Positions 37,836 to 53,244 of a stretch of 64,000 nt of DNA are shown piece by piece. The notes beneath the pieces are model-generated. The model was given only the letters and a program-made list of their open reading frames with translations. It was not told the DNA's origin and ran no database searches. Numbering within the stretch: position 1 is the first letter of the stretch; each line of letters begins with the position of its first letter. Source of the DNA: the human T2T-CHM13v2.0 reference genome, Homo sapiens; the NCBI RefSeq assembly GCF_009914755.1, contig NC_060928.1; one strand, written 5' to 3'. A program made the position numbers and the translations under genes.

Positions 37836-38083
37836 TTTTCTTTTTTAAAAATAGTTATTTATTTTTTAATTTTTATTTTACTTTTAAGTTCCAGGATACA
37901 TGTGCAGAATGTGCAGGTTTGTTACATAGGTATACATGTGTCATGGTGGTTCGCTGCACCCATCAGTCCGTCATCTAGGTTTTCAGTCCCTCATGCATTA
38001 GGTGTTAGTCCTAATGCTCTCCCTCCCCTTGTCCCCCACCCCCCTGACAGCCCCCTGCGTGTTATGTTCCCTTCCCTATGTCC
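37836..38083 (-). mobile_element. L1PA8/10-like 5'-truncated 3' end
   Basis: TTAAGTTCCAGGATACATGTGCAGAATGTGCAGGTTTGTTACATAGGTATAC...CATGCATTAGGT...CCTAATGCTCTCCCTCCCC. Confidence 0.92.
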
Positions 38084-38519
38084 TCTTTTTTATGAAATAC
38101 TGAAGAATTCTGGGGGTTCCTGTAACTGACTGGGAAATGATGAATAGTGTTTCACAGATGTCCTTATTCCCAAATAGCAACACCTCTGTACACACTACTT
38201 TATTATCTAGCCAGAGGAAAAACAAAATAAAGCATCTCAAAGAGTCTCAGACCAGTATTTATAACTGCCGCCTCTACATTCTCTATCATTCCACACACAT
38301 TTTTATTTACCTCAAATACATATCCTTTTTTTTTCTGTGGAGTAGATTAAGAAATAAGGAACTACCCTCAAACAAAATAAGTTGAGGGCAAAAGGGGTCT
38401 TTGGTATTTCACTATTGAAGATATCAAACTATTTAAAATGTTTCTTCAAAGTCTTGCTTTAGAATACTTGCATCTACTCCAGATTTCCAGATGAACAAGC
38501 GCTTAGAACTGGTTACACA

Positions 38520-38990
38520 TTTAATTTATAAACAATTTTTGACTGTCTCTGTACTCTGGGTTGGGTCTGGACAGTAAAGTAAGAAACTATCCTCTCTGAA
38601 AGGGCTTACTGCTTGGTCAGTGGAGAGGCATGTAAGCACAGAGGCGTGATTCAATGTTTTGTGTGTTGTGAGGTGCATAGAGTGCAGGCGAGGCGATGAG
38701 GTGGAAGAGGGATTCACAAGGGAGTGACATTTAATCTGTGTCTTGAAAAACATGTTGAAGTTTTCTAGGAAAAAGGAACATTCAGAGGCAGAAAGAAGAA
38801 CAGAGACACAGAGGAATTAAATAAGATGTTGAGAGCAGGTGGAGCGTTTTTCCTGGTGATTGGGTTAGCAAGAAGGTGGGACAGAGGATGAGACATAATC
38901 ATGAGGGGCTTCCAGTAACAAAGAGAATGTAAAGGAAGGAAATGAAAGAGTGTGTCTTGTAGAAGTGTATAGTGGACCTTGAACAAACTG
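38520..38990 (-). mobile_element. L2 3' region
   Basis: GGATTCACAAGGGAGTGACATTTAATCTGTGTCTTGAA...GAACATTCAGAGGCAGA. Confidence 0.65.
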
Positions 38991-39289
38991 TTTTGTATCT
39001 TCAGTAAACTTTAAACTTTATTCAGTCTTCAGTATACAAAATATGCTTTCATAATTTTGAATGGAAGATCAAGATTTTGAAACTTTGAACTTGTAATTAG
39101 AGTAGATGCATCAGAAACTATAAGGATCACAGTTGCTAAAACATGATGCAGTATAAATCTATCGATACATGCAACCCCTTGTTCAAAGGACAAACTACAA
39201 TGGTTATGAAAAGTATACAGAGAAAAGCCTTCTATTGGTCAATAAGAAATATAGGGGAATTCATGTTGCTTTCATAAAAGCCTATTTTT

Positions 39290-39452
39290 AATGATCCATC
39301 TCAAAATCACCTGGTGAGCTTGTTGAAAATGCCAAATTCCTGACCCTCCCCAGAGAAATTCTGATTCAGTTGGCCTGAGGGTGAGTCGCTGGGCTATCCA
39401 TTTCTAAACACCCCGGGAGATTGCTATGTCTGTGGAAGCTGGAGAACCAGAC
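39290..39452. mobile_element. MER5 (hAT-Charlie) element
   Basis: AATCACCTGGTGAGCTTGTTGAAAATGC...ATTCTGATTCAGT...GAGAACCA. Confidence 0.8.
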
Positions 39453-39539
39453 CCCCTATAGTAAAAATGTGTTTAATATAGGTTTTTGTGATCTTGAAAG
39501 CATATTTACTTCGAGCATATTTGATGGAGATAGTGTAAA

Positions 39540-40360
39540 TTTCCTCCCGGTTAATTCAGCCTGTAACAAGACATGGCCATAGGAGGCCATAACCATGCCA
39601 AGCCACCGCCTACGGGGTAGCAGCTGACTCTAATTGAAGGGCAAGTTCTTGCCCATAGCTGTGGTTCTGAAAGCACCGACGTATAAAGCAATGGGAAACA
39701 TCGTCTCAATACACCGGCTCTTTGTTAACATTCAACCTACGTATTCTCCACATGAAATATTCCAATCAGGAAACGCTGGATTTGCTTTCATTTGAGCTAG
39801 TATCAGCTCTTTTCAGATGTATCAACAGATAAAAAGTTAAATAGGAAAGTGGCTTAATTGCTGTGGCACCAAAGCGTGGGCGGCATTCTCTCTTTAAATG
39901 TTGTCTGGGTACATTGCAATACGCTTAGGAGAGGCATGAGTATTGTCCCTGTTGAGTATCATTTGCTTAGGCGTATTCTTTTTAGTTATTTCATTTTGTT
40001 ACACTTTTTGATAATGATAAATAGGAAATTATTGGCTTCATTTTAAAACGTGGTAGGGTTGCAAGTCCGATGCTGAAATTTAAAATTCTCAAAGATGGAA
40101 AGTGGGGAAATAAAATGAGTGGTTTTCATTCTTCCCAAATTCCCACTCCCCTTTTCTGCTTCCTGTTCTTTGCTTTCTCTTCTGTCTGTGACTCGGTGAC
40201 TCTTGTCTTCTTCTCTTTCCATCATTCTCTGTCTTCTGTTAAGCCAGCCAACAGCAAGACAAATGAGACTGATTCTCTGGCATGTCAGTTACTCTGTTGC
40301 ATGATCTGATTATTTTTCCGTTTTGGTTTATTATATATGGCTGAAAGCTTCATCGTCGTA
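39540..40360. promoter_or_regulatory. Candidate cis-regulatory element (CpG-retaining unique DNA)
   Basis: 19 CpGs counted in ~820 bp outside recognised repeats; TATAAAG 39682, CCAATCA 39762, GGGCGG 39878. Confidence 0.4.
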
Positions 40361-41149
40361 TTCCAATGACTAAAGTAAACAGTATTTATGGTTTTTATGT
40401 TAAGTTTTATGTTATATAACTACACAGTCATCATTGATGTTTAATGTGTAAGGATATGCATTGTTTAAGTGTTAAAACATGTACTTAGAAATAATATTGG
40501 CATTTGTCTTTAATGGAAAAAACTTTTTTTTTTTACATTATGGTTGCCAGATTTGGCAAACTGGGAACATGACAAGAAACTACGTTTTACACATTCTTCA
40601 TCTCAGTTACTGAGGAGACGGAACAATTTTCTCTCTGGGGATTCTTTAGAAATAAATCCCAACAAATTTCCATCTATTAAACTGCATGTTTTAAAGACAA
40701 AAATGGATGGCAGTTTGGGTTTTTTTTTTTTTTTGTACCTTTATGATTATTCTAATAGGATTAGAAACAGATCAGAAGTCCTTGAGCTTCGTAACGAAAA
40801 AGAACACACTAGATGGTGCTGTGATCCTAGCAGCAAAACCACGCATTTAAACAGTGCTTATGTCAAAGCTGGAATGAAGGAAAGCCCAGTGTGCATATGG
40901 AATTTTGTCTGACACTAGGGGATACACTAATATCAGTGTACAATTCATTTTTGCAGCATTTATATTTACCTGAAAAAATGACTTGCTGAAGTTCTGCGCT
41001 ATGACAACATTGTTTTAATAAATGTGTGTGCCAGTGAGAACATGAATGCTTACGTATGTTTATATGGGATAGGTATTCTGGTTTTATCTGATTTGTTTCT
41101 GATTTTTATCTCCCATTATTTCCTTACAGGTGCACTATGTTCCAATGCG

Positions 41150-41850
<701 letters not shown>

Positions 41851-41904
41851 TACAAGGCAGGAGTAAAAGAATGAAAAAATAAATTCCTGTTAGAAAAGCT
41901 TTTG

Positions 41905-42290
41905 TTCTGGATATCACTGTTTGCCCTCCAAGTTCCATCACATTGCTCCGAACCATGAGAAGCAGACCTCTGTGGAATCCATCAACCAGCCATGCCCCTT
42001 GGCCTCCAGCTGGTGTGGCCAATGGGAAGCACCACAAGAAATATGAAGATAAGAAAAAAAGTGTAGAGGTATTTATTTTTCCTTCTCCATCTGAGCCAAG
42101 TCATGAGTTGGCCCAACTGTATTCTTCCCCAGAAGGCCACAGGTATCTGGTATCTGGCTCCGTTTCTTTGCTCCTTCAAGCCATGGGTGATAACTTTGGA
42201 TGTTTCACTGTCTGTTTTCCTTAACTCTGTCCTGTTATTAAACTCTCTGAAATAACCCCTTTTGAATATGCCATCTATGACTCATACACA
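41905..42290 (+). mobile_element. LTR33-like ERVL LTR
   Basis: GACCTCTGTGGA...GGCCAATGGGAAGCACCA...GGTATTTATT...GAAGGCCACAG...ATTAAACTCTC...ACCCCTTTTGAATATGCCATCT. Confidence 0.75.
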
Positions 42291-42836
42291 ACTGATGACC
42301 CATAAAGGACATTGGAAATGAATTGCTTCACATAAGAGGTCATTCTGATAATGCAAACAGGACACAGCATCTTAGAGGACTGTTTATATAATTGTGATTT
42401 GATTTTACCTTTATTCTCAGGTCAGAAGACAGCCTACTGTGACACGTAAGTGTCTACTCTGATTTGCATAGAAGTTTAAAATAAGCATCTTAATGATTTG
42501 AGAACATTCACTAATTGCTAACACTATTAATATATTTCCTTGTTTTATAGCCCAAGAGCCATTTATATATTATCTCATCTTAAAACATTCCATCAGTTAT
42601 TTTTCTGCTTACACATAGAATTTCTAAATCAAAGATCTGAAACACCAATTTTCACACCATTCTCCAAGGGACCTAGATTCCTAATGTAAGTTTTAACTTC
42701 AACATGAAAAATAAAATATATTTGTCTTTTTTAGTTTCTAGCAAGTCTGTGATCAAGATGGACATCAATGTATTAGAAATTATCATAAAATGACAATATT
42801 AAACACCTCGTTATTGGATAAGATTGAGATGAAAAT

Positions 42837-43201
<365 letters not shown>

Positions 43202-43244
43202 TGAGAAATCTGTTCACTGATTCTCTTTCAAAACAGACAATAGC

Positions 43245-43390
43245 CACGTGAACTCTCTGAGCCTCACTTTTTCAGCTATAAAATAGTAGTAATTTATCTA
43301 ACACACAGAGGTTTCGTGATTATTAAATGGCATAGCATATACAATGCCTCCTGCTGAGAGTTGTCAAAAAAGTGCTCCATACATACCAGT
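43245..43390 (+). mobile_element. MIR fragment
   Basis: AACTCTCTGAGCCTCA...CTATAAAAT...GTGATTATTAAATG. Confidence 0.6.
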
Positions 43391-44251
43391 TTTCTTCTTT
43401 TCCTCAGTCACATAGTCACTTATTGGATAGATGCATCTATAGCCCAGGTTTCCTGACTTCATATTCAGGTCTAATTCTGCTTTACTGGAGCTCCCCTAGT
43501 TAGCATTCATGTCCACTAACCTCTTTTTTAGTTATAATTTTCTTTTTTTGCAGATTGTGGAATATAACGTATCAGGAAAATACAGACTGCAATATGGATT
43601 TTACTCACTATTAGAATTCCAACATTTATTTTGGTGTCCATACGCATATGCAGTCATTATTTTAGACATTTGTTGATTTCCCTTCTGATATTTACAAATT
43701 ATGAAATAAGAAAGCCATGACCTATGTAATAACAGCATTTGATCTTTCATTCATAATTTACTAGGCTGTGTGTTTTTTTGAGATTGCTAATTAAATGACC
43801 CATTTGACTGTATTTATATTTCTGGCTTAATCAAAAAGGACATTCAGATTCTTGGTTGTCAATAACCTGCCTCTTGACTTCTTTAAATTGTCTTCCAAGT
43901 ACTATTGCTGAAATTGCAGGGCTCATACCCACCCCCAGATGTCTCAACTGTTCATTCAGAACACAAAGCCTTAGCCTTGTGTTTGTCTTATGCGAAGTCC
44001 AAATAGGATCATTTATTCTAGTTCCTGTAACTCGTTCATAGATTGCTTTTCTTTGTAAGAGTTCCTGTTCTGATGACTAATCTTTATATTACTTCCCTTA
44101 GCATGGACTTCTGGGGATTAGGACCCAATCCCACATTTAACCATCGTAGTCAGGATCTCACACCTTACAGCTGTTTCTCTAAAGTCTAGACACAACCACC
44201 TGGATCTCCACTGCTTACTTAATAAGAGTTTTACCTCTTACCTGCTTCCCT

Positions 44252-44771
44252 TGTATGGGAGGAAAAGTAATATTTTAACTCACTCATTGTAAGACTTATG
44301 GTTGATACCCCTGAAACAAAGACAGATTAACAAGAGAAAAGTATAACAAATTTATTTAAGTTTTATATGACATGGGAAACTTTAGAAATGAAGACTCAAT
44401 GACAAAGCAAAAGCTGTATATTTTTATGCTTAGTTTTGATAAAGAATAAGTAGTTGGACCAAAGGGAGTATGAGCTAATGGTAATAAACTAGGGGGAACT
44501 TAGCAAGGCCAGTTTCTTCCAATTCTTCTTGGCTTCAGAATATAGGGCAGGACCTCTTTGGAGTCAGCATCCTATGATTTACTTCCAGGGGAGATAGGTC
44601 ATATAATTATTTTTATGGTGTTAGGTGAGAAAGGTGGGAGAAGGTCAGGAAAAAGAAAGAAAAGGTCAGAGAGCCCTTTCTGCTTTTGCACGTTTGTTAA
44701 TTTCCTCCAGCTTAACATACTGAATATGTCAAAGTGTCATATTTTGGAGTAATGTTTCCTGCTCATCATCA
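44252..44771 (-). mobile_element. MER31-like ERV1 solo LTR
   Basis: TG...CA termini; minus strand TGATG...CCAAAATATGACACTTTGACATATT...GGCCTTGCTAAGTTCCCCCTAGTTTATTACCATTAG...TTACTTTTCCTCCCATACA. Confidence 0.85.
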
Positions 44772-45327
44772 CCATGGTCTTCCCACTTTTCAGATGCTTT
44801 GCAGACATTGCTGACCAACTTCTAACATTGGTTCCCCGAATTCTGGAAGGACGGCATGCAGCCTAGGTGTCTGTGTCTCTCACAGTCACAGATTTGTCAG
44901 CTTTCAAGATCCCAATTCATGCGAATCTAACCCATTCCTTGGCTGACTAAGTCATGGGTTTGACACTGGGGAGATAAAGCAATTCTGGGGGGGAGATGAG
45001 TTTCTGAATTTGTTTTAAATGTAGGATTTGTATCAAATTGTATTGCTGATTAAAGGAAATTTATAGTTCTTGTTCACATATTCAGTCTACTTGGTTTGAA
45101 ACTATTTTGATGTTTTCACTCTTCAGATATTAAGGAAAGGACAGACTAGCTACACAGAGTTAACGGATAAAGGTAAAAACACACCATAAAATCTGCAGAG
45201 CAAGAAAACACCTAAACTTCAGTCCCTGAAAAACAGAATATAGTTCTTAATTTTCTTTAAAACTTTTCAAAGTTTCTCCTGAAGTCTGCCTATAGCCAGG
45301 CATCAAATACACACTTACACTTATATA

Positions 45328-45402
45328 TACATCCATTTATGTTTGTGCTAATAATGTACAAACATATTATTTATGTACATCCATTTATGTTTGTGCTAAT
45401 AA
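45328..45402. repeat. 27-bp direct repeat with a 21-bp spacer
   Basis: TACATCCATTTATGTTTGTGCTAATAA at 45328-45354 and 45376-45402. Confidence 0.95.
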
Positions 45403-46159
45403 AGGTATGTTTTACATATGCGAATATATGTGGAGACAGACAGGAAAATAAATAGGCAGATGATAGATATTCTCTCACTCACACATGTTAATTTTCAGAT
45501 AATTCCCTCTAGACCAGGGATTTTCATGGAGCAAAGCATTTGTCCTGCTGATGGGGCTGCCTTGGTCTACACTGACATATGCGATGAGCAAAGGACAGTG
45601 GCTTTTTTAATGTAGAAGCCACAAGAGAATATGTCATCTGATGTGCAAATTACCTCTCCAGAAGTATGATTACTTACAGGCGAGTCCTAAAACACATGCC
45701 CTCTGCCGATAGCACACCAAATACAGCCAACCACGGTGCAACTTTGGACACAGAAGGCCTTGCAATGTTGTAAGTCCCTGTTTCCTACTCAGGCCCAGTA
45801 GTCACTCACATGAGAGAGAGATTAAAAAAATGTCCTAAATCATCTTCTGCCTTTATCAAACCATGGTCTGTGGAGAAGAACTAGGAGAACCCTACTCCAC
45901 ACAGAGAAAATGAATGCCATATTTTCGGACACCAGGAAAAAGGGCAGGAATTGAGATAAAGATGATGTTATTGCCACATACAGTACAAATGTAATTATTC
46001 TGTATGGAGGAAGGATCACTGTACATATGAAGAAAAATCATGTATCAGAGTTTTTGTCTGTTTTCTGAAAAGAGAATGTTTTTTCTTGAGAAATGAATCC
46101 TTCTGTAATTTGACAGATATTTATAGTTGTCTAAGACTATGCAAAGTGACACTTAAAAT

Positions 46160-46335
46160 AGTAACTGCAAACATTTTTGAGAATTTACTGTGTGCTCAAT
46201 ATTTTATATCTTAAAACTGAAAACCACCTTATGTCATACTCTTATTTTCTCCGTTTGACTGAGGAAGCCTTGGGGGAGTAGGATGCAATCAGGTCAAACA
46301 TATTATTAGTAGTGGACAAAGAGTATAAACAGCTT
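46160..46335 (-). mobile_element. MIR, degraded
   Basis: AACATTTTTGAGAATTTACTGTGTG...AACCACCTTATG...CTGAGGAAGC...AGGTCAAACA...TAGTAGTGG. Confidence 0.55.
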
Positions 46336-47329
46336 TCTAGTAACTGCACAATCCTAGAATAAAAGAAGGAGGATATTGTCAGTAATGCATACACTTCCCA
46401 TTATAGCTGTAGATATAAATGAGATGGAATAATTCTTGAAGAAATTATAGGTACTTATCAAAAGGATTTTTCATACCTACTGGTGACAAAGATAAGATAG
46501 GAAGGCACCAGGTAAGCATGACTAATTTTGATTTTTGTCAATTAACTTGTTTTGTTCTTATTGAAAACACAAAGATCTTGACTCTAGCCTACAGAGGGCA
46601 ACATAAGCTCCAAGCCAGCACTTGCTAAGATCTTTCTTATCTGGTTTTGCACACTTGGGGAATAAGATCTGGACTCTGATAATCATTGTTATTTGAGTGA
46701 CCGTATCATTTGCACTCAGAAGACCCAAATGCAGATCCTAGAGATATGTGAAACAAAACTCAATGCTATTTAAATATCAAAATAAAAGTTGAGGGACAAC
46801 CAGGGAGGATGAATACAAATTCTAAATAGAATCAATAAGTAAATTAGTTGAGTCTAATCTGGCTGTAAAGTCATTTATATGAGAGGATTACAGATTCAAA
46901 TTATGCTAGAAAATAGGGTATTATGTGTTACCAGACTCCAAAGACAAAGTCTTCAAGAGCACCCATTTAGAAGGCATGAGTCCTTGCTTGGCATTGCAGC
47001 TGACTAAAAGGCTCAACTCATTATTTAAGATCCAAGAAAAACTATCCTGGTGTATGCACTTTCAAATATTATTGATCCAGAAAAACAAACAAACAAACCA
47101 AAAAAAACCTCTCTATAAGAATGAAACCTCATTTACTGAGAAATTAATCCCAATTTTCTTAGGATAATTACCCCAAATTATCTTGGAAAGGTAGAGCTAC
47201 TTCATTAGCGGTACTGCAGATGCACCTGGTGAACAAAATATACATTTTCTCTTTTTTTTCATAATTGGACCTGCTGAGATTGAGTGGAGCACATGTCTAT
47301 CCATCTAGAGAGGACACTTGTCAGACTCC

Positions 47330-47950
<621 letters not shown>

Positions 47951-47959
47951 ATATGAATA

Positions 47960-48585
47960 TTTTAACAGCTTTATTGAGATATAATTTACATGCCACCTCT
48001 TTTAACTGAACCATTCAATGGCTTTTAGTATATTGGCAAGGTTGTGCCATAATTTAATTTAGAAACACTTGAATCACTCCCCTCAGAAACCTTGCATCCA
48101 TTGGTAGTTACTACCTAACCCCCAAGCCCTCATTCAGCAGCGCTTCTCCAGTTCTGCAAAACCACTAACCTACTTTCTATCTCTATAGATTTGCCTATTC
48201 TGGATATTTATATAAATTGTATAATATGTGGCCTTTGTGATTGGCTTCCTTCATGCAGCATGTTTTTCAGGTTCATCCATTTTGTAGCATGTATCATAAC
48301 TTTATCACATTTTACTGCCAAATAATATTCCACTGTATAGACATGCCACATTTTGTTCATTCGTTCATCAGTTGATAGATATTTGGGTTACTTCCAGTTT
48401 GGGGCTATTACGAACCATGAACATTAGTATACAAGCTTTTGCATGGATGTGTGTCTTCGTTTTTCTTGGCTACATACCTAGGTGTGAAATTGCAGTGCCA
48501 CATGGTAACTATGTTTAACATGTTGAGAAATTGCCCAACTGTTTTCCAAAGTAGCTGCAGCATTTCACATTTCCACGAATAGTGT
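47960..48585 (-). mobile_element. L1MB7/8-like 3' fragment
   Basis: AACAGCTTTATTGAGATATAATTTACAT...CTCTATAGATTTGCCTATTCTGGA...CATCAGTTGATAGATATTTGGGTT. Confidence 0.88.
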
Positions 48586-48685
48586 ACATATAGCAAACGT
48601 GTTTGCAACTCCTTTTATTGCTGGAACTGAGCCTCTACCAGAGTGATATGCAAAACCTGTAACAATGGGTACATATGGGGTCAAG

Positions 48686-48801
48686 CAATGGTATTCGGAA
48701 GTCTGCTTAAACTGGCTCATGAGAATGAGTTGTTAAATGCTGGCATATGCTACAAATCAGGGCATTTTGTTCCGGAGAGCTGGTTTACCACACCCCCACT
48801 G
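48686..48801 (+). mobile_element. MER63-like hAT element
   Basis: CAATGGT...ACTGGCTCATGAGA...GTTGTTAAAT...GGAGAGCTGGTTTACCA...CCACTG. Confidence 0.6.
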
Positions 48802-49110
48802 GAACCAACCAATCGGAATGAATGCTAAGATAGTGAGACTAGAAACCAGCTGTGAACAACAATTTCTCCTACTCTAGAGAATTCCAGTTGAATATCAATT
48901 TTATCTATTGTGTAATTAATATGTTGGCCATATAGTTTAACTCCAGTCAGATATAAGTATAGAAATAATAAAATAATTCAAAGTTTGTTTTTGTTGTTTG
49001 GAAATTATCTTAATTATGTAATATTTCAGTATTTGTAATAAATTTGGCATTTTAGAGAGTATAAGAGATTTGACTTATGTTCAAATTTATAATATAATTG
49101 AAAATTAATT

Positions 49111-49453
<343 letters not shown>

Positions 49454-52400
49454 TTAAGTTAAAAAGTATGAGGAAATAGTACTGATAGTAAACTGTGTTA
49501 GGAGTTCAGAAAAACTTGTGAGTCACTGTATTTGTAAATCAAAAGTATTATAGACTTATAAGGATGGTTAAGTACTTAGGTTTTGGTTGTAAGAATCATT
49601 TGAAGTATTTCAAAGAAATCAAATACAGTAAATTGATATATGCAATTTACTAAATTTAGCATGTTTACTAAAAGCGTCTCTCTCGATGCTTGCCAAAATT
49701 TACCAGATTGCTGAATAGAAAAAAAATGATGTATTAGTTGAATTTTAAAAATTTAGGAAAGTTTAGATTTTTTACATTTGATTTTAATAAACCAAATATT
49801 AATTTTAGAAATCAAATTAAACTAAAATGTATTTTATTTGGTAAAGATGCTCTCAAGGACATAAAGGGAACTCCCTGGTTCACAGGATCTATCTGAACAG
49901 GTATTTTCAGGTTCCTGACTCAAAGGGTTCAAACATGGGCTTATGGAAAAATATTTGAAGAAACATTGAGAATATCTGTACACCCTAGAAAAAGAACCAA
50001 ATGGATACACTGATTGATTGTGATAGAAGGTTCCATTTGCATTTTCTCCCCCTGGGAACTTGTGTTAGCACTTGTCCCCATGACTGAGAGAACAGCCCTG
50101 TTCAGGGCTAGCATCTTCTCGCATGTCCCACTGGCTCTTCTCTGTGTTCCACAACTGACATGCTAGCCTGCTAGCACCCAGAGTCCTTAGAACTATTTGC
50201 AGATTTTCCATCTCTGTTGATGCGGTTGTTCAACGTTAACTTCAAATATTAAATCTGTCTTAAATAACTTTTTATACAAATTTAAAGTGCCCTGGAGATT
50301 ACTGGGTGCCAGATCAGGAATGTTATCATGGGAATGGCTGTAGTCCAAGGACTCTGCCTCCGTGAACTTCATTCTTAGCTCTATTTGAATTGCCTGTCTC
50401 ACTGAAGCAAAGAGGAAGGTTACAGTCTGCATTTTCTCATAGGAAGAGTTCCCCGTGGCTCAAAGTGCAATTTGTCAAGAATAAATCCTACTGTATTAAG
50501 ATACCTTCTCTTTTACACAATTTAAAGTGCCTCCTGTTAGCAATATGGTTCCGGGGACTCCCTGACATATTTTTACATTTTTTTCCTGCATTTTTGCTCA
50601 TGATAGTGCGGCTTACCATTATTTCTAAAGCTGAACCTTGATGTCCTATGAATCACAAGAACAATGCTTGATTATGTATTTTAATTCTGCACATTGCTTA
50701 TGTTTCCAAGTCTTAAAGGTGCAATTGTTTTTTGTTATTTGTTTATTTTACAGACACAAGCAAGTTCCAGTCACATGTCCATAGTAGGACATCTGCAAGA
50801 AACATTACTATCTATTCTTTAATCTATCTAAATTTTGTTATATATCACATTTACATTCCTCTAGGAGGAAAAATGCTTGAGTCGATATCCTACGACAATT
50901 ATAAAAACTCCTTGAGAGATTTTCAGAATCTGCTATGTATTAATAGTTCATGTCCAAAAAAAAGAGAAACTAGATCCAAATTCACCATCAAGATCTCTGC
51001 TAAAATCTTCTAATAAACCCGAAAGTAGAAAGACACATCATGGATTCCAAATGCCTTATTGAGTGCCTGAGATTCTGGCATCTATTTCCCAGATAACTGA
51101 ATGTCTATTAATATTGAGCAAGTCTAAACCATGAAACGACTGCATAGTTTTGATTATAAAACACCTAATCAAACCATTGATGGGAATACTTGTATGTGTT
51201 TGTTTGGCAAGTATGTTTATCACTCAGTATTGCATTGCAATACAAGACCACCTAGGTATCACTGAAGCCACCCTTGTCATGTGCTTCTTGGCCTGGCAGG
51301 ACACCTGCAGAAGACTGATTGACAGCAGGTTATCCTGAAGCTCTGCTCTGTAATGAGAAGTGAGATAGTCCGAAGCCAGATGTGAAGAAAAAAGTGCTTT
51401 CAAGTTTCCTTAAAAGGCAGCCTCAAAAACACTTAATATGGATAAGTAACTAAGAAAGAACAGTAGCAAGTAACAATCAACCTGGAAAAAAGGTGTCAGG
51501 GACAGATGACTTTTCATGAGCATCTTCAGAGCATGAATCTAAAAGACAGAGATGCAAACAGTGTTAGGTTGTTGAAAAATATTCTGAAAATGCTTACAGT
51601 CCAAGGAAAATGCTTCGTAGGTGATGGAAGACATCATCATCTTTTCTACTGAAACCATATACATATATAGGTGACATACTTGAATAGGATTCATTGCTAG
51701 ATATTAAGGGTCTTAATAATTGTGTTTGGGAAGTTGAAGAAAAGCAAATTATGAAACTGTTAAATCAAGTTTACAAAATAAATTCCACTTAGAACTGTGA
51801 CTTTAGCTTACATCCTGAACTCTTAGGTTTTGTTTGTTTTTTGTTTGGTTGGTTTTTAAGTATAAAACTTTCCTTTCCTGTGGAGACACATAGCTTTACC
51901 CTCCTTTGCCTTTCTTCAGAAGGCCCGTTAGATCTAAAACCTGTTCTCTTAATTCTATAGACTTATGTCCTATATGAATTGATAATAATAAAAAACATTA
52001 CAAGTAAATTAAATACTAGAACAAAATTCCAAATGATCCAATATTCTATATATTTTATGATTCTGTGAATCTGTCATGATGGATTAAGGACATTATCACC
52101 TTTAATTTGCACATAATGACATTTTGATATCATAAAGTTAAGAGTTTTTGGAAAACCAGAAGTGCTTACTGCTAAGATATTGACAAATGAATACGTGCAG
52201 AGATTGGCTTTTTAAAGCTTGCATATGTTAGCCTTCTGAGAGCTCTACCCTGTCTCAATTCATCACAGATCAAGCCCATGTGGTAGGTTAAGGATATAGA
52301 TTTCTAACAAACTATATCTCACTCCCTTGTATCTCACTGCCTCATGCTTGCTTTCTCTTTCTCCCCACCATCCTCCCCCACACTCTCTTACTATCTTTTG

Positions 52401-53244
52401 CTTAAGTCTGAACCATAACATTATTGCAATGATGTAGTTTTCTTGTACCAATAACTTTCTTGTCAGGAGACATCTGTTTTGTTATGAAAAGTCTCTCCTA
52501 GTAAAGCATCAATCATGTCACGCTTGTAAAGCAAAACACATTTTTTTTTTGTCCCTAGATAGCAAAATACTGCTGAGAAAACAAACTGTGCAGAAATATT
52601 AACTGGCATATTAACACATGTATTCTGAACATTCTTTATTTGTCTACTATTGGTGCCATGTGATTCTGACAGTCTCTGCTGCTGACCTCTCATCTCTGAA
52701 ACCACAGAGGACTCATCAATGTCCTCCTTAAAAGGATTGTAATGGGCTGATAGCCACAGAGATCCACATGATGGGAATATGCTGTATTTTAGGCAATTTG
52801 CTTTCATATGCTAAAAGCACAACGTTAAAAATGGTTGCAACTGTCTGAGTGCCTTTCAAAGCTTTGGCTACATAATGTCAAGCTACCTGGAAAGTTTTAG
52901 ACAGTCATCTAGGTGTTTTCGAATGCTTGGTTGCTTTGCATCATTGGTATGAAACCTCTGGATGATGGACTTAAACCTCCACTTGACGTCTTGATGTTTT
53001 AGATTTTACTGACATGCTCACTATGTGCATTTATAAAACCGGATTCTCTGCTTTGAAGCCCGGATGATTGCTTTCTGAAGTTCAATCAACCTCAGGTATT
53101 ATAGCAGGGGTTGAATGAATTGAGAGTGTATTACTCTTTGTCTAAGTCAAGGCTTGAAGTGGAGTAAAAGATAAATTAAGTAGTTTGGGTAAATACTTCT
53201 GTACCAAAAAGCAACCTTGAACATTGTTAGAGCTAAAAGTAGTG

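Noticed and set aside
52955-53080. Possible C/D box snoRNA (GATGAT...CTGA)
   Set aside because: No canonical RTGATGA C box paired with a terminal stem, and no recognisable rRNA antisense element.
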